A stretch of DNA of 64,000 nucleotides from an uncultured Chloroflexia bacterium. GTDB lineage: Bacteria; Chloroflexota; Limnocylindria; Limnocylindrales; CSP1-4. The position numbers and the translations under genes are program-made. The notes under the pieces were generated by a model. It had not been told where the DNA came from. It saw only the letters and a list, made by a program, of their open reading frames with translations, and did no database searches. Below are positions 20,688 to 30,353 of this stretch, piece after piece (the stretch's first letter is position 1; every line of letters starts with the position of its first letter). The stretch is taken from contig CAWDFY010000005.1 of assembly GCA_963801745.1 (NCBI GenBank), forward strand, positions 918,619 through 982,618. Direction: 5' to 3'.

Positions 20688-21381
20688 ATGCCCGAGCCGC
20701 ATGCCGACCCGAGCGCGCCCGACGCCCCGCGGCCACCGAGCCCGGTCCAGGAACGTGGCACGGTGCGGCACAACCTGCTCCTGCAGCTCCGCCACGACGG
20801 GCCATCGGCCCCCGAGGAGCTGGCTGCCAGCCTCGGGGCGAGCCGGACGGGAGTCCTGCAGCAGCTCCACGCGCTGGAGATCGGCCGGCCTGGTCAGCCG
20901 GAAGGCGGTTCGCCACGGGGTCGGGCGGCCGCGTCACGTGTACGACGTGACCGACGCGGCCCAGGACCTCTTCCCGACCAACTACGACGGTCTCGCCGAT
21001 GGCCTGCTCAGCGCGATCCGGGCGATCGGCGGCGAGACGCTGGTCGATGACGTGTTCGAGGAACGGCGGCGCCTGACCACCGCGAAGGTGCGCCAGCAGC
21101 TCGCGGACCGGCTGCCGACCGACGCGCCGCTGGTCGATCGGGCGCGTGAGCTGGCGGTCATCCAGGATGAGCAGGGCTACCTGGCGGAGGTGGCGATCGG
21201 TGCGGACGGGGTGATCCGGCTGGTCGAGCGCAACTGCGCGATCCATCACATCGCCGCCGGGAACGCCGCGGCCTGCCAGGCGGAGCTGGACCTGTTCCGT
21301 GACGTGCTCGGCGCCGACGTCGAGCGCGAGACGCACATCGTGGCCGGCGACCGCTGCTGCACCTATCGCATCGGCGGGTAG
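20688..21381 (+). CDS. HTH transcriptional regulator (COG2345-like winged helix) with 1-nt frameshift near 20885
   Basis: Frame A reads RHNLLLQLRHDGPSAPEELAASLGASRTGVLQQLHALE. Frame B continues AGLVSRKAVRHGVGRPRHVYDVTDAAQDLF... through the stop at 21381. One extra G in atcggccgg separates the frames. It is divergent from the ACAD gene. Confidence 0.65.
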
Positions 21382-21430
21382 GAGCGCTCGCGGCCACCAC
21401 GGTGCGGGCCCGCCGAACGGCGCCGAAGAC

Positions 21431-22483
21431 CTAGGCTTCCTCGCGCTCCACGGCACCGCGCGACGCGGGCTCGAGGCGCGGCGCCGGCACGTCGGACACG
21501 TTCGGCACGAACGACGCGGCGAGCGACGTCGCGGCCGCCTGCTCCTGGTCGTCGGCCGACAGGATCCCGAGACGCCCGAGCGTCGCCATCTCGTCGCGGA
21601 TGTACGTCTTGAGCATCTCGGGGCCGTCGGTGTTGATCGTGTACCGGATGCCGTTGCGCCGGAACGTGTCGAAGATCCAGCGGAACTCGTCCCAGCCCGA
21701 CACGACCCGGGTGTTGAGGTTCGAGGTCGGGCAGATCTCGAGGACGATGCCGCGCTCGCGGATCATCTCCATCGCGCGCGGGTCGTACGCGGACTTGACG
21801 CCGTGGCCGATGCGGTCGGGCTCGAGCAGCTCGACGACCCGGGCGATCTCGTCGACCGGACCGGCCTCGCCGGTGTGGACCGTGATCCCCAGCCCGAACT
21901 GGCGGGCCCGCCGGAAGAGCCGCCGGTAGTCGGCGACCCGGAAGGTCGATGCCTCGGGGCCGGCGATGTCGATGCCGACCACGCCCCGGTCGCGCCAGCC
22001 GATCGCCTTCTCCGCGATGATCTCGTTGAGCTCGTACGGGAACGCCCGGTCGAGGCAGAAGATCAGCCCGGGCTTCACCGGGTACTCGAGCGTCGCCTTG
22101 TCCATGCCGCGCAGGGCCGCCGCGATGATGTGGTCGAGGTCCTGCTCGCCGCCGCGGTTCCGCTTCATCGGGTTGAAGCGGAGCTCCATCGTCGTGATGT
22201 TGTTCTTGCGGTAGGCGCCGCCGACGACCTCGTACACGGCCCGCTCGACCGCGATCGGGGAGCTCTGGATCAGCTCGGTCCAGTGGAAGAGCTGGAGGTA
22301 GCCGTCGAAGCTCTGGGAGCGCTTCGAGACCGTGATCATGTCCCGGAACTCCCAGTAGTCCTTGGTCGGGAGCTTGATGCCCTGGGCGTGGGCGATGCCC
22401 CACATGATCGCCGGGGTGACGGCGCCGCCGAGATGGCAGTGCAGCTCCGCGAGGGGGATCTTGCGGGCGAGCTGGCGGGCCAT
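21431..22483 (-). CDS. add: adenosine deaminase family protein
   Basis: The sequence reads MARQLARKIPLAELHCHLGG...ITVHTGE...INTDGPEM. The ATG lies at 22483. Upstream ORF-track residues are a different, frameshifted gene. Confidence 0.85.
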   Translation of the reverse strand: MARQLARKIPLAELHCHLGGAVTPAIMWGIAHAQGIKLPTKDYWEFRDMITVSKRSQSFDGYLQLFHWTELIQSSPIAVERAVYEVVGGAYRKNNITTMELRFNPMKRNRGGEQDLDHIIAAALRGMDKATLEYPVKPGLIFCLDRAFPYELNEIIAEKAIGWRDRGVVGIDIAGPEASTFRVADYRRLFRRARQFGLGITVHTGEAGPVDEIARVVELLEPDRIGHGVKSAYDPRAMEMIRERGIVLEICPTSNLNTRVVSGWDEFRWIFDTFRRNGIRYTINTDGPEMLKTYIRDEMATLGRLGILSADDQEQAAATSLAASFVPNVSDVPAPRLEPASRGAVEREEA

Positions 22484-22512
22484 CACCCGCAGGATAGCGT
22501 CGGCGGTCGCTG

Positions 22513-23213
22513 TCAGTCGCACATCGGCAGGTACTTCTCGCCGTCGCGCCGGAGCAGCTGCACGGTCAGCCCGCCCTTCGACGTGAAGATCGCGTGCTCC
22601 GGGTCGATGATCGCCATCGTCCCGTCCGCGGCGTTGATCGCGTCGGGATGGTCGCCGTCGACCCCGCCGACCGGGTCCCACCACGAGCCGCCGACGTCGA
22701 TCCCGCTCCACAATCCGCAGTGACCGAGCGAGAACGGCCGGGGGCCGAGCCCGGCGGGCGGCGGCGAGCTCGGGCCCAGCGAGCACGCCGAATGCGTCCT
22801 GGCGGTCGATCGTGAGGCCGGCCTCCGGGCCGGTCGAGGTGACGTGGTACGACAGCGCACCGGCGCCCGCCTCGAGCGTGATGTCGCCCTGGGGTCGGAC
22901 GGCGAGCGATGTCGCGCAGCCCTCACCGGCCGCGCAGCCGAACGGGCCGACCTGGACGTAGCGCACCTCCGTCCCGGCCGGCACGACGCTCGCGGTCTGG
23001 GCTAGCACCCGGCTGCAATCCTGCGGGCCGAGGCTGACGCACGCGGTCGGGACGTTCGTGAGGTCGACTCCGGCCGCGCGCCGCGGCCGAGGCCGAGGCT
23101 GACGCGGACGCGACGCTCGCTGATGGGGCCGTGGAGGCCCGTGCGGCGGGTCCGGAGCAGGCCGCGACCACGAGCGCGGCGACCGCGAGGACGACCAGCG
23201 GCGAACGGGCCAT
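22513..23213 (-). CDS. lipoprotein with at least 2 frameshifts (about 22750 and about 23060)
   Basis: The lipoprotein signal is MARSPLVVLAVAALVVAACSGP. A middle frame reads TNVPTACVSLGPQDCSRVLAQTASVVPAGTEVRYVQVGPFGCAAGEGCA...LAGPELAAA. A third frame reads PFSLGHCGLWSGIDVGGSWWDPVGGVDGDHPDAINAADGTMAIIDPEHAIFTSKGGLTVQLLRRDGEKYLPMCD*. The switches occur at GC homopolymers (cggcccccggcc). Confidence 0.4.
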
Positions 23214-23257
23214 GCGCCCCGGGACGCCGCGACGGTCCGGTCGGTTCCGAGGTCGGG

Positions 23258-24289
23258 TCAGCCGGCGAGCGGGACGATGCGGCCGTCGACGTCGACCGTG
23301 GCCTGACGGCGTCGTGCGGCACGCAGCTCCGCGCCCGGCACCTGGTCGCGGGCGTGGTAGCTGGAGCGCACCAGCGGCGCCGACTCGACGTGCCTGAACC
23401 CGAGCGCCAACGCGGCCGACTTCATCTCGGCGAACTCGTCGGGGTGGTAGTAGCGCTCGAGCGGCAGGTGCTGCATCGACGGCCGGAGATACTGGCCGAC
23501 CGTGAGGATGTCGACGTCGTTCGCGCGCAGCGCCTCGAACGCCTCCTGCAGCTCGTCGCGGGTCTCGCCCAGCCCGACCATCAGGCTCGACTTGGTGTGG
23601 ACGGCGTAGCCGACGTCGACCGCCATCTCCTTGGCCCGTCGCAGGACGTACAGCGATCGATCCCAGCGTGCCCGCTTGCGGACCGGCTTCTGCAGGCGGC
23701 GGACGGTCTCGAGATTGTGGTTGAGGATGTCGGGCCGGGCGTCCATCACGATCCGGAGTCGGTCGTCCGAGCCGTCGAAGTCGGGGATCAGCACCTCGAT
23801 GCCCATGCCGGGGCTTGTCGATCGCATCCGGGTGATGGTCTCCGCGAAGACCGTCGAGCCGCCGTCGGGCAGGTCGTCGCGGGCCACGCTCGTGACCACG
23901 ACGTGCTCGAGCCCCATGGCGGCGACCGCGACCGCGACCCGCCGCGGCTCGTCGTCGTCGAACCAGGTCGGTCGGCCGGTCTTGACGGCGCAGAACCCGC
24001 ACGCCCGGGTGCACGTGTCGCCGAGGATCATGATCGTGGCCGTGCGCTGGTCCCAGCACTCCCCGATGTTCGGGCAATGCGCTTCCTCGCAGACGGTGTT
24101 GAGCTCGAGCCCGCGCAGCAGCCGCTTCAGGTCGTGGTAGTTGTCGCCGGACGGCATCCGTGCACGGATCCAGTCCGGGTGACGACGGAGGGGCTGCGCC
24201 GAGCCGCCCATCGCGATCGTGTCGGGGACGGGTGGCGGATGATGCCCGCCGGTCGTCGGCGGCTCGAACATCGGCAGCTCACGGGCCAT
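23258..24289 (-). CDS. lipA: lipoyl synthase
   Basis: It contains [12 protein letters not shown] and the radical-SAM CxxxCxxC motif ([15 protein letters not shown]). The ATG at 24289 is at index 125 of the ORF-track entry. Confidence 0.9.
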   Translation of the reverse strand: MARELPMFEPPTTGGHHPPPVPDTIAMGGSAQPLRRHPDWIRARMPSGDNYHDLKRLLRGLELNTVCEEAHCPNIGECWDQRTATIMILGDTCTRACGFCAVKTGRPTWFDDDEPRRVAVAVAAMGLEHVVVTSVARDDLPDGGSTVFAETITRMRSTSPGMGIEVLIPDFDGSDDRLRIVMDARPDILNHNLETVRRLQKPVRKRARWDRSLYVLRRAKEMAVDVGYAVHTKSSLMVGLGETRDELQEAFEALRANDVDILTVGQYLRPSMQHLPLERYYHPDEFAEMKSAALALGFRHVESAPLVRSSYHARDQVPGAELRAARRRQATVDVDGRIVPLAG

Positions 24290-24324
24290 CGTCGGAGTGT
24301 AGTCGCGTTCCGCTAAGGCGGCGG

Positions 24325-24774
24325 TCAGGACGGGACGCCGCCGGGCGGGGCATGGAACTGGCTCCGGACGGCGCTCGCCACCCGGGTCCCGTCCAGGTCG
24401 ACGATGAGCAGGAACCAGTCGGGCGCCGCATCGAAGGCCGGCGCGCGGTCCGCATCGAGGGCGCTGAGCGGGAGGCTCGTCTTGAGCCCGTCGGCCGTTG
24501 GGAACGTCCCGAAGTCCTGGCAACCGGCGCCGGGCGTCCAGCCGTCCCGTTCCCTGGCACCGTCCGGCAGGCGCGGGGGGTCCGCCGGACACAGGTAGAC
24601 CCTGGATATGTCGGCGAACCAGCCGGGCGCGTCGACCTCGACCGAGGTCGGGGTCGTCCACACATGCAGGTTGATCGGCGTCCCGATGTCGAGCGGCTGG
24701 CCGCCGACGCAGCCTCCGACCAGGAACGACACCGCCAGGGCTCCGGCGACGAGGGCCCGGCGGTCAGCGCGCAT
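24325..24774 (-). CDS. small lipoprotein (unknown function)
   Basis: The signal and lipobox are [22 protein letters not shown]. It occupies the position where lipB normally sits between the epimerase and lipA. Confidence 0.55.
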   Translation of the reverse strand: MRADRRALVAGALAVSFLVGGCVGGQPLDIGTPINLHVWTTPTSVEVDAPGWFADISRVYLCPADPPRLPDGARERDGWTPGAGCQDFGTFPTADGLKTSLPLSALDADRAPAFDAAPDWFLLIVDLDGTRVASAVRSQFHAPPGGVPS

Positions 24775-25735
24775 CGAAGGTCGTGCGCAGACCGCTGGCG
24801 AGGTCGCGAGGCTGGTAGCCGAGCTCGGTCGCCGCCTTGGCCGACGAACCCCAGAACGTGACGCCGAGGCTCGTCCGCAGCACCTCGCCCAGGTCGTCGG
24901 GCATGCCGATGGCTCGCGCGAGCGCCGCCGGTGCTCGCGATCCGAGCTTCACGAATGCGGTCGGGATCTCGAGCCGTGGCAGGGAGCGGCCGCCGAGGCG
25001 GGCGGCCATCTCCATGGCGTCGCGCAGTCGCAGGTTCGGGCCGCCGAGGAAGTACGACTCGCCGATCCGGCCGCGGTCGAGCGCCGCGACGATCCCGGCC
25101 GCCACGTCGTCGACGTAGGCCGGCGAGATCCCGATGTCGGCCAGCGCGATGTAGCGCAGCGTCCCGTCGTGGGCGGCCTTGAGCTGCTGGCCGATGGCCG
25201 AATGGTCGTTCGGACCGTAGGTCGTGCCCGGCATCGCGATCACGATCCGCGCGCCGGACCCGATCCGTTCGAGCACGGACCGGTGCGACAGGAACTTGGT
25301 CTCGTCGTAGTAGCTGAGGAATCCCTCGGTCAGGTCGCGGCGGTAGCGCTCGTCGACGATCCGACCGTGCGTGTTGCCGGCCACGTTGATCGTCGTGATC
25401 GCGACCATCCGATCGAGACCGGCGGTGGCGAATGCCTCGAGCACCCGGTGGGTGGCGCCCACGTTCGCGTCGTGCATGGCCGGTCGCTCGCTCGCCGGGA
25501 TCCCGACGCGGTACATGCCCGCGAGGTGAATGGCTGCCTCGGTGCCGCGCATCGCGTCGACGATCGACGCGGTTCGCGAGAGGTCGCTCGCCCGGACGTC
25601 GACGCCGAGCTCGGACAGCTCCTCGGCCCGGTCGGGGTCGCGAACGGCGGCGGTGACGGCGTCGCCGCGGGCGATGAGCCTGCGGACCACGGCCGCGCCG
25701 ATGAACCCGGCGCCACCGGTCACGAAGACGCGCAT
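24764..25735 (-). CDS. NAD-dependent epimerase/dehydratase family protein (SDR, Rv2216-like)
   Basis: The N-terminus reads MRVFVTGGAGFIGAAVVRRL, a Rossmann GxxGxxG. Residues upstream of this Met in the ORF-track entry are junk. Confidence 0.8.
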   Translation of the reverse strand: MRVFVTGGAGFIGAAVVRRLIARGDAVTAAVRDPDRAEELSELGVDVRASDLSRTASIVDAMRGTEAAIHLAGMYRVGIPASERPAMHDANVGATHRVLEAFATAGLDRMVAITTINVAGNTHGRIVDERYRRDLTEGFLSYYDETKFLSHRSVLERIGSGARIVIAMPGTTYGPNDHSAIGQQLKAAHDGTLRYIALADIGISPAYVDDVAAGIVAALDRGRIGESYFLGGPNLRLRDAMEMAARLGGRSLPRLEIPTAFVKLGSRAPAALARAIGMPDDLGEVLRTSLGVTFWGSSAKAATELGYQPRDLASGLRTTFDAR

Positions 25736-25772
25736 CAGCGCACCGACGCCCGCCCCGGAGGCGGGGCGATGC

Positions 25773-27197
25773 TCAGTAGATCGGTGTCTCGGGCCCGACG
25801 GCCTCGAGCCATGCCTTGATGTCGCGCAGGAGGGCGGCCCCACCGGCGCCGTCATTCGCGCGATGGTCGACGCCGAGGACCATGTTCATGACCGGACGGA
25901 TCGCGATGACGTCGCCGTCGGGTGTCGACTGGACGACCGGGCGCTTGGTGATCGCCTCCATCGTCACGATGCCGACCTCGGGCACGTTGAGGATCGGCAT
26001 CACGAGGTTGGTCCCGAGGTACCCGGTGTTGTCGACGGTGAACGTGCCGCCGCCGAAGTCGTCGAGACGCAGCTTGTTCGCGCGAGCCCGGTTGGCGACG
26101 TCGGTGATGGCGACGTTGAGACCGTGGATCGACAGTGTGTCGGCATCGCGGATGACCGGGACGAGCAGGCCGTCGTCGACCGCGACGGCAACGCCGATGT
26201 TGACGCGGCGCTTGGCTAGGAGGCCCCCCTCGGTCCAGTGCGCGTTGAACGTCGGATTGCGCTTCAGGGCCTCGGCCGACGCCTTGACGACGAACGGCAC
26301 GAAGCTCAGCGAGATGCCCTCCTTGGCCTGATATGCCCTCTTGGCACGCTCCCGGAGCGCGACCAGCCGGGTGGCATCGACCTCCATCTGGACATATGCG
26401 TGCGGTGCCTGGAGCGCCCGCGTCATCTGGGCCGCGATGCCCTTGCGCATCTGGGTCATCGGCAGGAGGACTTCGTCGCTGCCCTCGGGGAAGTCGACGG
26501 TCGCAGCGGTCGGGAGACCGGACCGGGGCTGTGCCGGTGCGGTCGGCGGGACTGCGGCTCCGTCGGGCTGGGCCTTCGGGGCCGGGGCGGGTTGCGCGGC
26601 CGGTGCGGGCGCCTCGCCGCCGGTCCGGATCCGTTCGACCACCGCCAGGACGTCGTCGCGAGTGATGCGGCCGCCGCCACCGGTCCCGACGATCTGCTCC
26701 GCGCTTAGGCCGTGCTCACGAAGGAGCCGGCGGACGGCGGGCGTCATCCGCGCGTCCGGGTCACCCTGGGCGGTGGGCAGGGCGGCCGTCGCGGCGGGGG
26801 CTGTGGCCGCGGGCTCGGCGGGCTTGACCGGCCTGGCTTCGGGCGCTGGTTCTTCAGCTGGAGGTGCCGCCTCGGCCTTGTCGTCGGGCGCGACCTCGGA
26901 CGCCTTCGCCTCGGCCGGCTTGGCCTCGGCGGGAGCGGACGCCCCGTTCGACGACCCTTCGTCGGCCGTCTCGATCACCGCGATCTCTGCGTTGTTCGGG
27001 ACGGTCGCGCCCTCCTCCGCCAGGATCTCCTTCAGGACGCCCTCGAACGGCGACGGCACCTCGGCGTTGACCTTGTCGGTGATGACCTCGAGGAGCGGCT
27101 CGTACTTGTCGACATGGTCGCCCGGCTGCTTGAGCCACTTTCCGATCGTCCCCTCAGCGACGCTCTCGCCGAGCTGGGGCATCGTCACCTTCGCCAC
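25773..27197 (-). CDS. dihydrolipoamide acyltransferase, E2 component of a 2-oxoacid dehydrogenase complex
   Basis: The lipoyl domain reads MAKVTMPQLGESVAEGTIGKWLK...EVITDKVNAEV. An Ala/Pro linker follows. Then a PSBD domain (TPAVRRLLREHGL) and a catalytic domain (...DHRANDGAGGAALL). Confidence 0.9.
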   Translation of the reverse strand: MAKVTMPQLGESVAEGTIGKWLKQPGDHVDKYEPLLEVITDKVNAEVPSPFEGVLKEILAEEGATVPNNAEIAVIETADEGSSNGASAPAEAKPAEAKASEVAPDDKAEAAPPAEEPAPEARPVKPAEPAATAPAATAALPTAQGDPDARMTPAVRRLLREHGLSAEQIVGTGGGGRITRDDVLAVVERIRTGGEAPAPAAQPAPAPKAQPDGAAVPPTAPAQPRSGLPTAATVDFPEGSDEVLLPMTQMRKGIAAQMTRALQAPHAYVQMEVDATRLVALRERAKRAYQAKEGISLSFVPFVVKASAEALKRNPTFNAHWTEGGLLAKRRVNIGVAVAVDDGLLVPVIRDADTLSIHGLNVAITDVANRARANKLRLDDFGGGTFTVDNTGYLGTNLVMPILNVPEVGIVTMEAITKRPVVQSTPDGDVIAIRPVMNMVLGVDHRANDGAGGAALLRDIKAWLEAVGPETPIY

Positions 27198-27356
27198 GTT
27201 CGCTGTTCCTCCGAGGATCGGGGCACGCGTCGGCGACTAGTGTCGCCCATCCGGGCGAGGTCGGTCGAGTGGCGGTGGTAGCGCTGGTGATGGCTGCGAG
27301 CGATCATTTTTCGCACTAACGGGTCTGCGGGCCCCTCGATCCGCCGATCGACGGCA

Positions 27357-27381
27357 GATCGATCGCCGCGCGCGATCGATC
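27357..27381. promoter_or_regulatory. 10-bp inverted repeat GATCGATCGC-cgcgc-GCGATCGATC in the divergent E2 / cNMP-transporter promoter region, within a cluster of CGATCG motifs
   Basis: Direct reading of 27330..27540 shows repeated cgatcg / gatcgat motifs and one 25-nt dyad. Coordinates are +/-2 nt. Confidence 0.35.
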
Positions 27382-27554
27382 CGTGGCCGAAGTGGCCCGC
27401 GAGTTGGCGGAACTGGAGCTTGGGCGCGAAAACGATCGCCGGCCGTTATCGCCAGGGGGCGAGGCGGCCGCGTCGCGGCGCCTGGGGCCGAAATCGATCC
27501 CTCACAGCGATCGACGCGCGCCGCGGCCACACCTCGCGGGTACGGTACGGAACG

Positions 27555-30344
27555 ATGGACGCCCTCCAGCGCATCCTCGGCATCCGGCCCGGCGAGGGGC
27601 GGATCGTGGCTGGCGTCGCGGCGCTGTTCGCGCTCCTCGAGGCGGCGCGCGGGTTCGGCGAGGTCGGGGCCGACTCGCTGGTCCTGGCCACGTATGGTCC
27701 GGACGCGCTCCCGACCACCCTGCCGTACCTGTTCATCGCGCTCGGGCTCGTCAGCCTCGCGGTCTCCCTCGCCTACTCGGTCGCCCTCGGGCGCCTGCCC
27801 CGGATCCCGCTCTTCCTGGGCGTGCTGCTCGGGATCGCGGCGCTGCTGATCCTGCTGCGGATCGGCCTGGCATCGGGAATCGGGGCCCTCGTGCCGGTCG
27901 TGTGGCTCATCGTGTTCGCGTCGACCGCCATCAACCTGACGATCGCATGGACCGTGAGCGGCGCAACGTTCGATGCCCGGCAGGCCAAGCGCCTCTTCCC
28001 GATGCTGACCGCCGCGGCGATCGGCGGGAGCTTCGTCGGCACGCTCGCCGCCGGGCCGGTCGCTGGGCTGATCGGGGTCGAGTCGCTGGTCGTGGTCCAG
28101 GCGCTGCTGCTCGCGGCCGCGGCCGTCCTGCTGGGCCGCCTGCCCCGGCGACCACGACGGTCGACTGCGGTGGTCGAGCCCACCTCCGTCATCGACGACC
28201 TGCGTGCCGGCTTCGACACCGTCATCCGCTCGCCGCTCATGCGTCTCGTGGCGCTCGCGTACGTCCTGCTGGCGGTGCTGATGTTCTCGCTCAACTACCC
28301 GTTCATGATCGCCGCCGCGCGTCAGTTCCCGAACGACGTCGAGCTCGCGACGGCGCTCGGGCTCCTGTCGGCCGCGATCACCGCGACCTCGTTCGTGATC
28401 TCGCTGGCCCTCGCCAACCGCATCTACGCGCGGTTTGGGATCTCCGCCGGGGCGCTGGCACTGCCGCTCGTGTACGCGGTCGGCTTTGCCGGCTGGCTGG
28501 TCCAGTTCTCGTTCGCGTCCGCGGCCGCGTTCCGGTACGCCCAACAGGCCACGCAGCGGGGCGTCTCGAATGCAGCATGGAGCGCGTTCTACAACGTCGT
28601 CCCCGCGTCGCGTCGGGCCCAGGCGCTGGCGTTCAATGACGGGGTCCCCGGCCAGGTCGGCACCGTGCTGTCCGGGCTCCTGCTGCTGGTGGTGGCGAAC
28701 CTCAGTGGCCTGGAGCCGGTCTTCTGGCTGGGGCTGGCGACGGCCGTCGTCGCCACGGCCATCGTGCTCGCGATCCGGCGGCGCTACGCCGACAGCCTCC
28801 TCGCCGCGCTCCGATCCGGCCTGGCCGAGCAGGTCCTCGAGGGGGGGCCGGGACTGCCATACGCGATCGACCGACCGGAGGAGCGCGCGGCGGTCGTGGC
28901 GATGCTGGATGCGGCCGAGCCGGCCACGCGCCGCCTCGCCACGTCGATCCTCGGACGGGCCGCGAACCTCCGCCCCGAGGACCGCGCCCGGCTGGTCGGT
29001 CTGCTCGACGACCCCGATCCCGCGGTCCGAGCCGAAGCCGCGGTCGCCGCATTGACGGATCACCCGGACGACGAGCACTCGAACGCGACGCTCGCTGCCC
29101 TGCTCCTGAGCACCGACGACGAGGCGCGTATCGCCGGTCTGGATGCGGCCGCCCGGATCCCCGAGTGCGTTCCATCCGAGCTCCTAGCGCCACTCCTGTC
29201 CGCGGAGCGACCGGCCGTGCGGGCGGCCGCGATCACGGCGGCAGCGGCCCGCCGCGACGCAACGCATGTCGCCCCGACGCCGGCGCTCATCGCCGCGCTC
29301 GACGATCCCGCACGTGTCGTCAGGTCCGCCTCCGCCGACGCGCTGGCGATCCGGCCCGGTGCAGGACCCGGTCTCATCGAGGTCCTGCGCGACGGGGGGC
29401 CCGACGCGATCGACGCCGCCCTCGCCGCGGTGGGCGGACACGCGTCCGACGTCGAGGACGACCTGCTCGGCTGGGCGCGTGGGCGGATCGAGCGGGCCGA
29501 GGACCTCCATCGGGCGCACACGTCGGTCGTGATGCTGGCCGGTCGGACCGAGACGCTCGATTTCCTCGACGCGGTCCTCGATCAGCGTGCCCGCGCCGCC
29601 GAGGACCGCGCGATCGCCGCCGTCGTGGCGGTCGGGGCACCATCGGCCGGTGGCCTGATGCGACGCTCGCTGCGTTCGTCAGACCAGGACGCCCGGGCGC
29701 AGGCCATCGAAGCGCTCGACTCGTTGGGAGGACGCGACCTCGGCCGCGCATTGACCGCGTGCCTCGAGGCGGTCGCCGACCGGCACGGCAGCGATCCACT
29801 GGCGACGCTCGTGGACCTGACGCAAGATGACGATCCGTGGATCGCGTCGCTGAGTCGGAGCGTCCGCGAGGAGATGAGCGGAAACGCAGCGGATGAGAGG
29901 TCGATGTCGGGTCAGGACGGCGCCGCGAGCGAGCTCGAGACGATGCTGCTCTTGCGTCGCGTCCCGCTGTTCGCCGGCCTCGAGCCGGAGGACCTCCAGC
30001 GCGTCGCCGCCGTCGCCGTCGAACGCGAGTACCCGTCGGGCGTCGCGCTCATGCGCGAGGGTGACCTCGGCGACGAGCTGATCGTCCTCGTCGATGGCTC
30101 GGTGCGGGTCGTCCAGGCCGGACCGAACGGCGAGGAGCGGTTCATCCGGCGGTACGAGGCGGGCGAGCACATCGGCGAGCTCGCCGTGCTGCGCGACCGG
30201 CCTCGGATCGCCACGGTGATCGCCGAGGGCGAGGTCCGCGGCCTCGTGCTCGGTGGGGACGGTCTTCGGGCGATCCTGCGCGAGCGTCCCGAGGCGGCCA
30301 TGGCGATGCTCGCCACGCTCGCGGAGCGCATCTCCAGCCAGTAG
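27555..30344 (+). CDS. 12-TM transporter domain (MFS / ADP-ATP-translocase-like) fused to HEAT repeats and a C-terminal cyclic-nucleotide-binding (CNB) domain
   Basis: The ATG is at 27555. About 12 hydrophobic helices span residues 1-440. HEAT-like repeats follow (DPDPAVRAEAAVAAL, ERPAVRAAAITAAA, DDPARVVRSASADALA). The CNB domain reads LLRRVPLFAGLEPEDL...GDELIVLVDGSVRV...GEHIGELAVL...RIATVIAEGEVRGLVL. Confidence 0.8.
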   Translation: MDALQRILGIRPGEGRIVAGVAALFALLEAARGFGEVGADSLVLATYGPDALPTTLPYLFIALGLVSLAVSLAYSVALGRLPRIPLFLGVLLGIAALLILLRIGLASGIGALVPVVWLIVFASTAINLTIAWTVSGATFDARQAKRLFPMLTAAAIGGSFVGTLAAGPVAGLIGVESLVVVQALLLAAAAVLLGRLPRRPRRSTAVVEPTSVIDDLRAGFDTVIRSPLMRLVALAYVLLAVLMFSLNYPFMIAAARQFPNDVELATALGLLSAAITATSFVISLALANRIYARFGISAGALALPLVYAVGFAGWLVQFSFASAAAFRYAQQATQRGVSNAAWSAFYNVVPASRRAQALAFNDGVPGQVGTVLSGLLLLVVANLSGLEPVFWLGLATAVVATAIVLAIRRRYADSLLAALRSGLAEQVLEGGPGLPYAIDRPEERAAVVAMLDAAEPATRRLATSILGRAANLRPEDRARLVGLLDDPDPAVRAEAAVAALTDHPDDEHSNATLAALLLSTDDEARIAGLDAAARIPECVPSELLAPLLSAERPAVRAAAITAAAARRDATHVAPTPALIAALDDPARVVRSASADALAIRPGAGPGLIEVLRDGGPDAIDAALAAVGGHASDVEDDLLGWARGRIERAEDLHRAHTSVVMLAGRTETLDFLDAVLDQRARAAEDRAIAAVVAVGAPSAGGLMRRSLRSSDQDARAQAIEALDSLGGRDLGRALTACLEAVADRHGSDPLATLVDLTQDDDPWIASLSRSVREEMSGNAADERSMSGQDGAASELETMLLLRRVPLFAGLEPEDLQRVAAVAVEREYPSGVALMREGDLGDELIVLVDGSVRVVQAGPNGEERFIRRYEAGEHIGELAVLRDRPRIATVIAEGEVRGLVLGGDGLRAILRERPEAAMAMLATLAERISSQ

Positions 30345-30353
30345 AGTCGGGTC

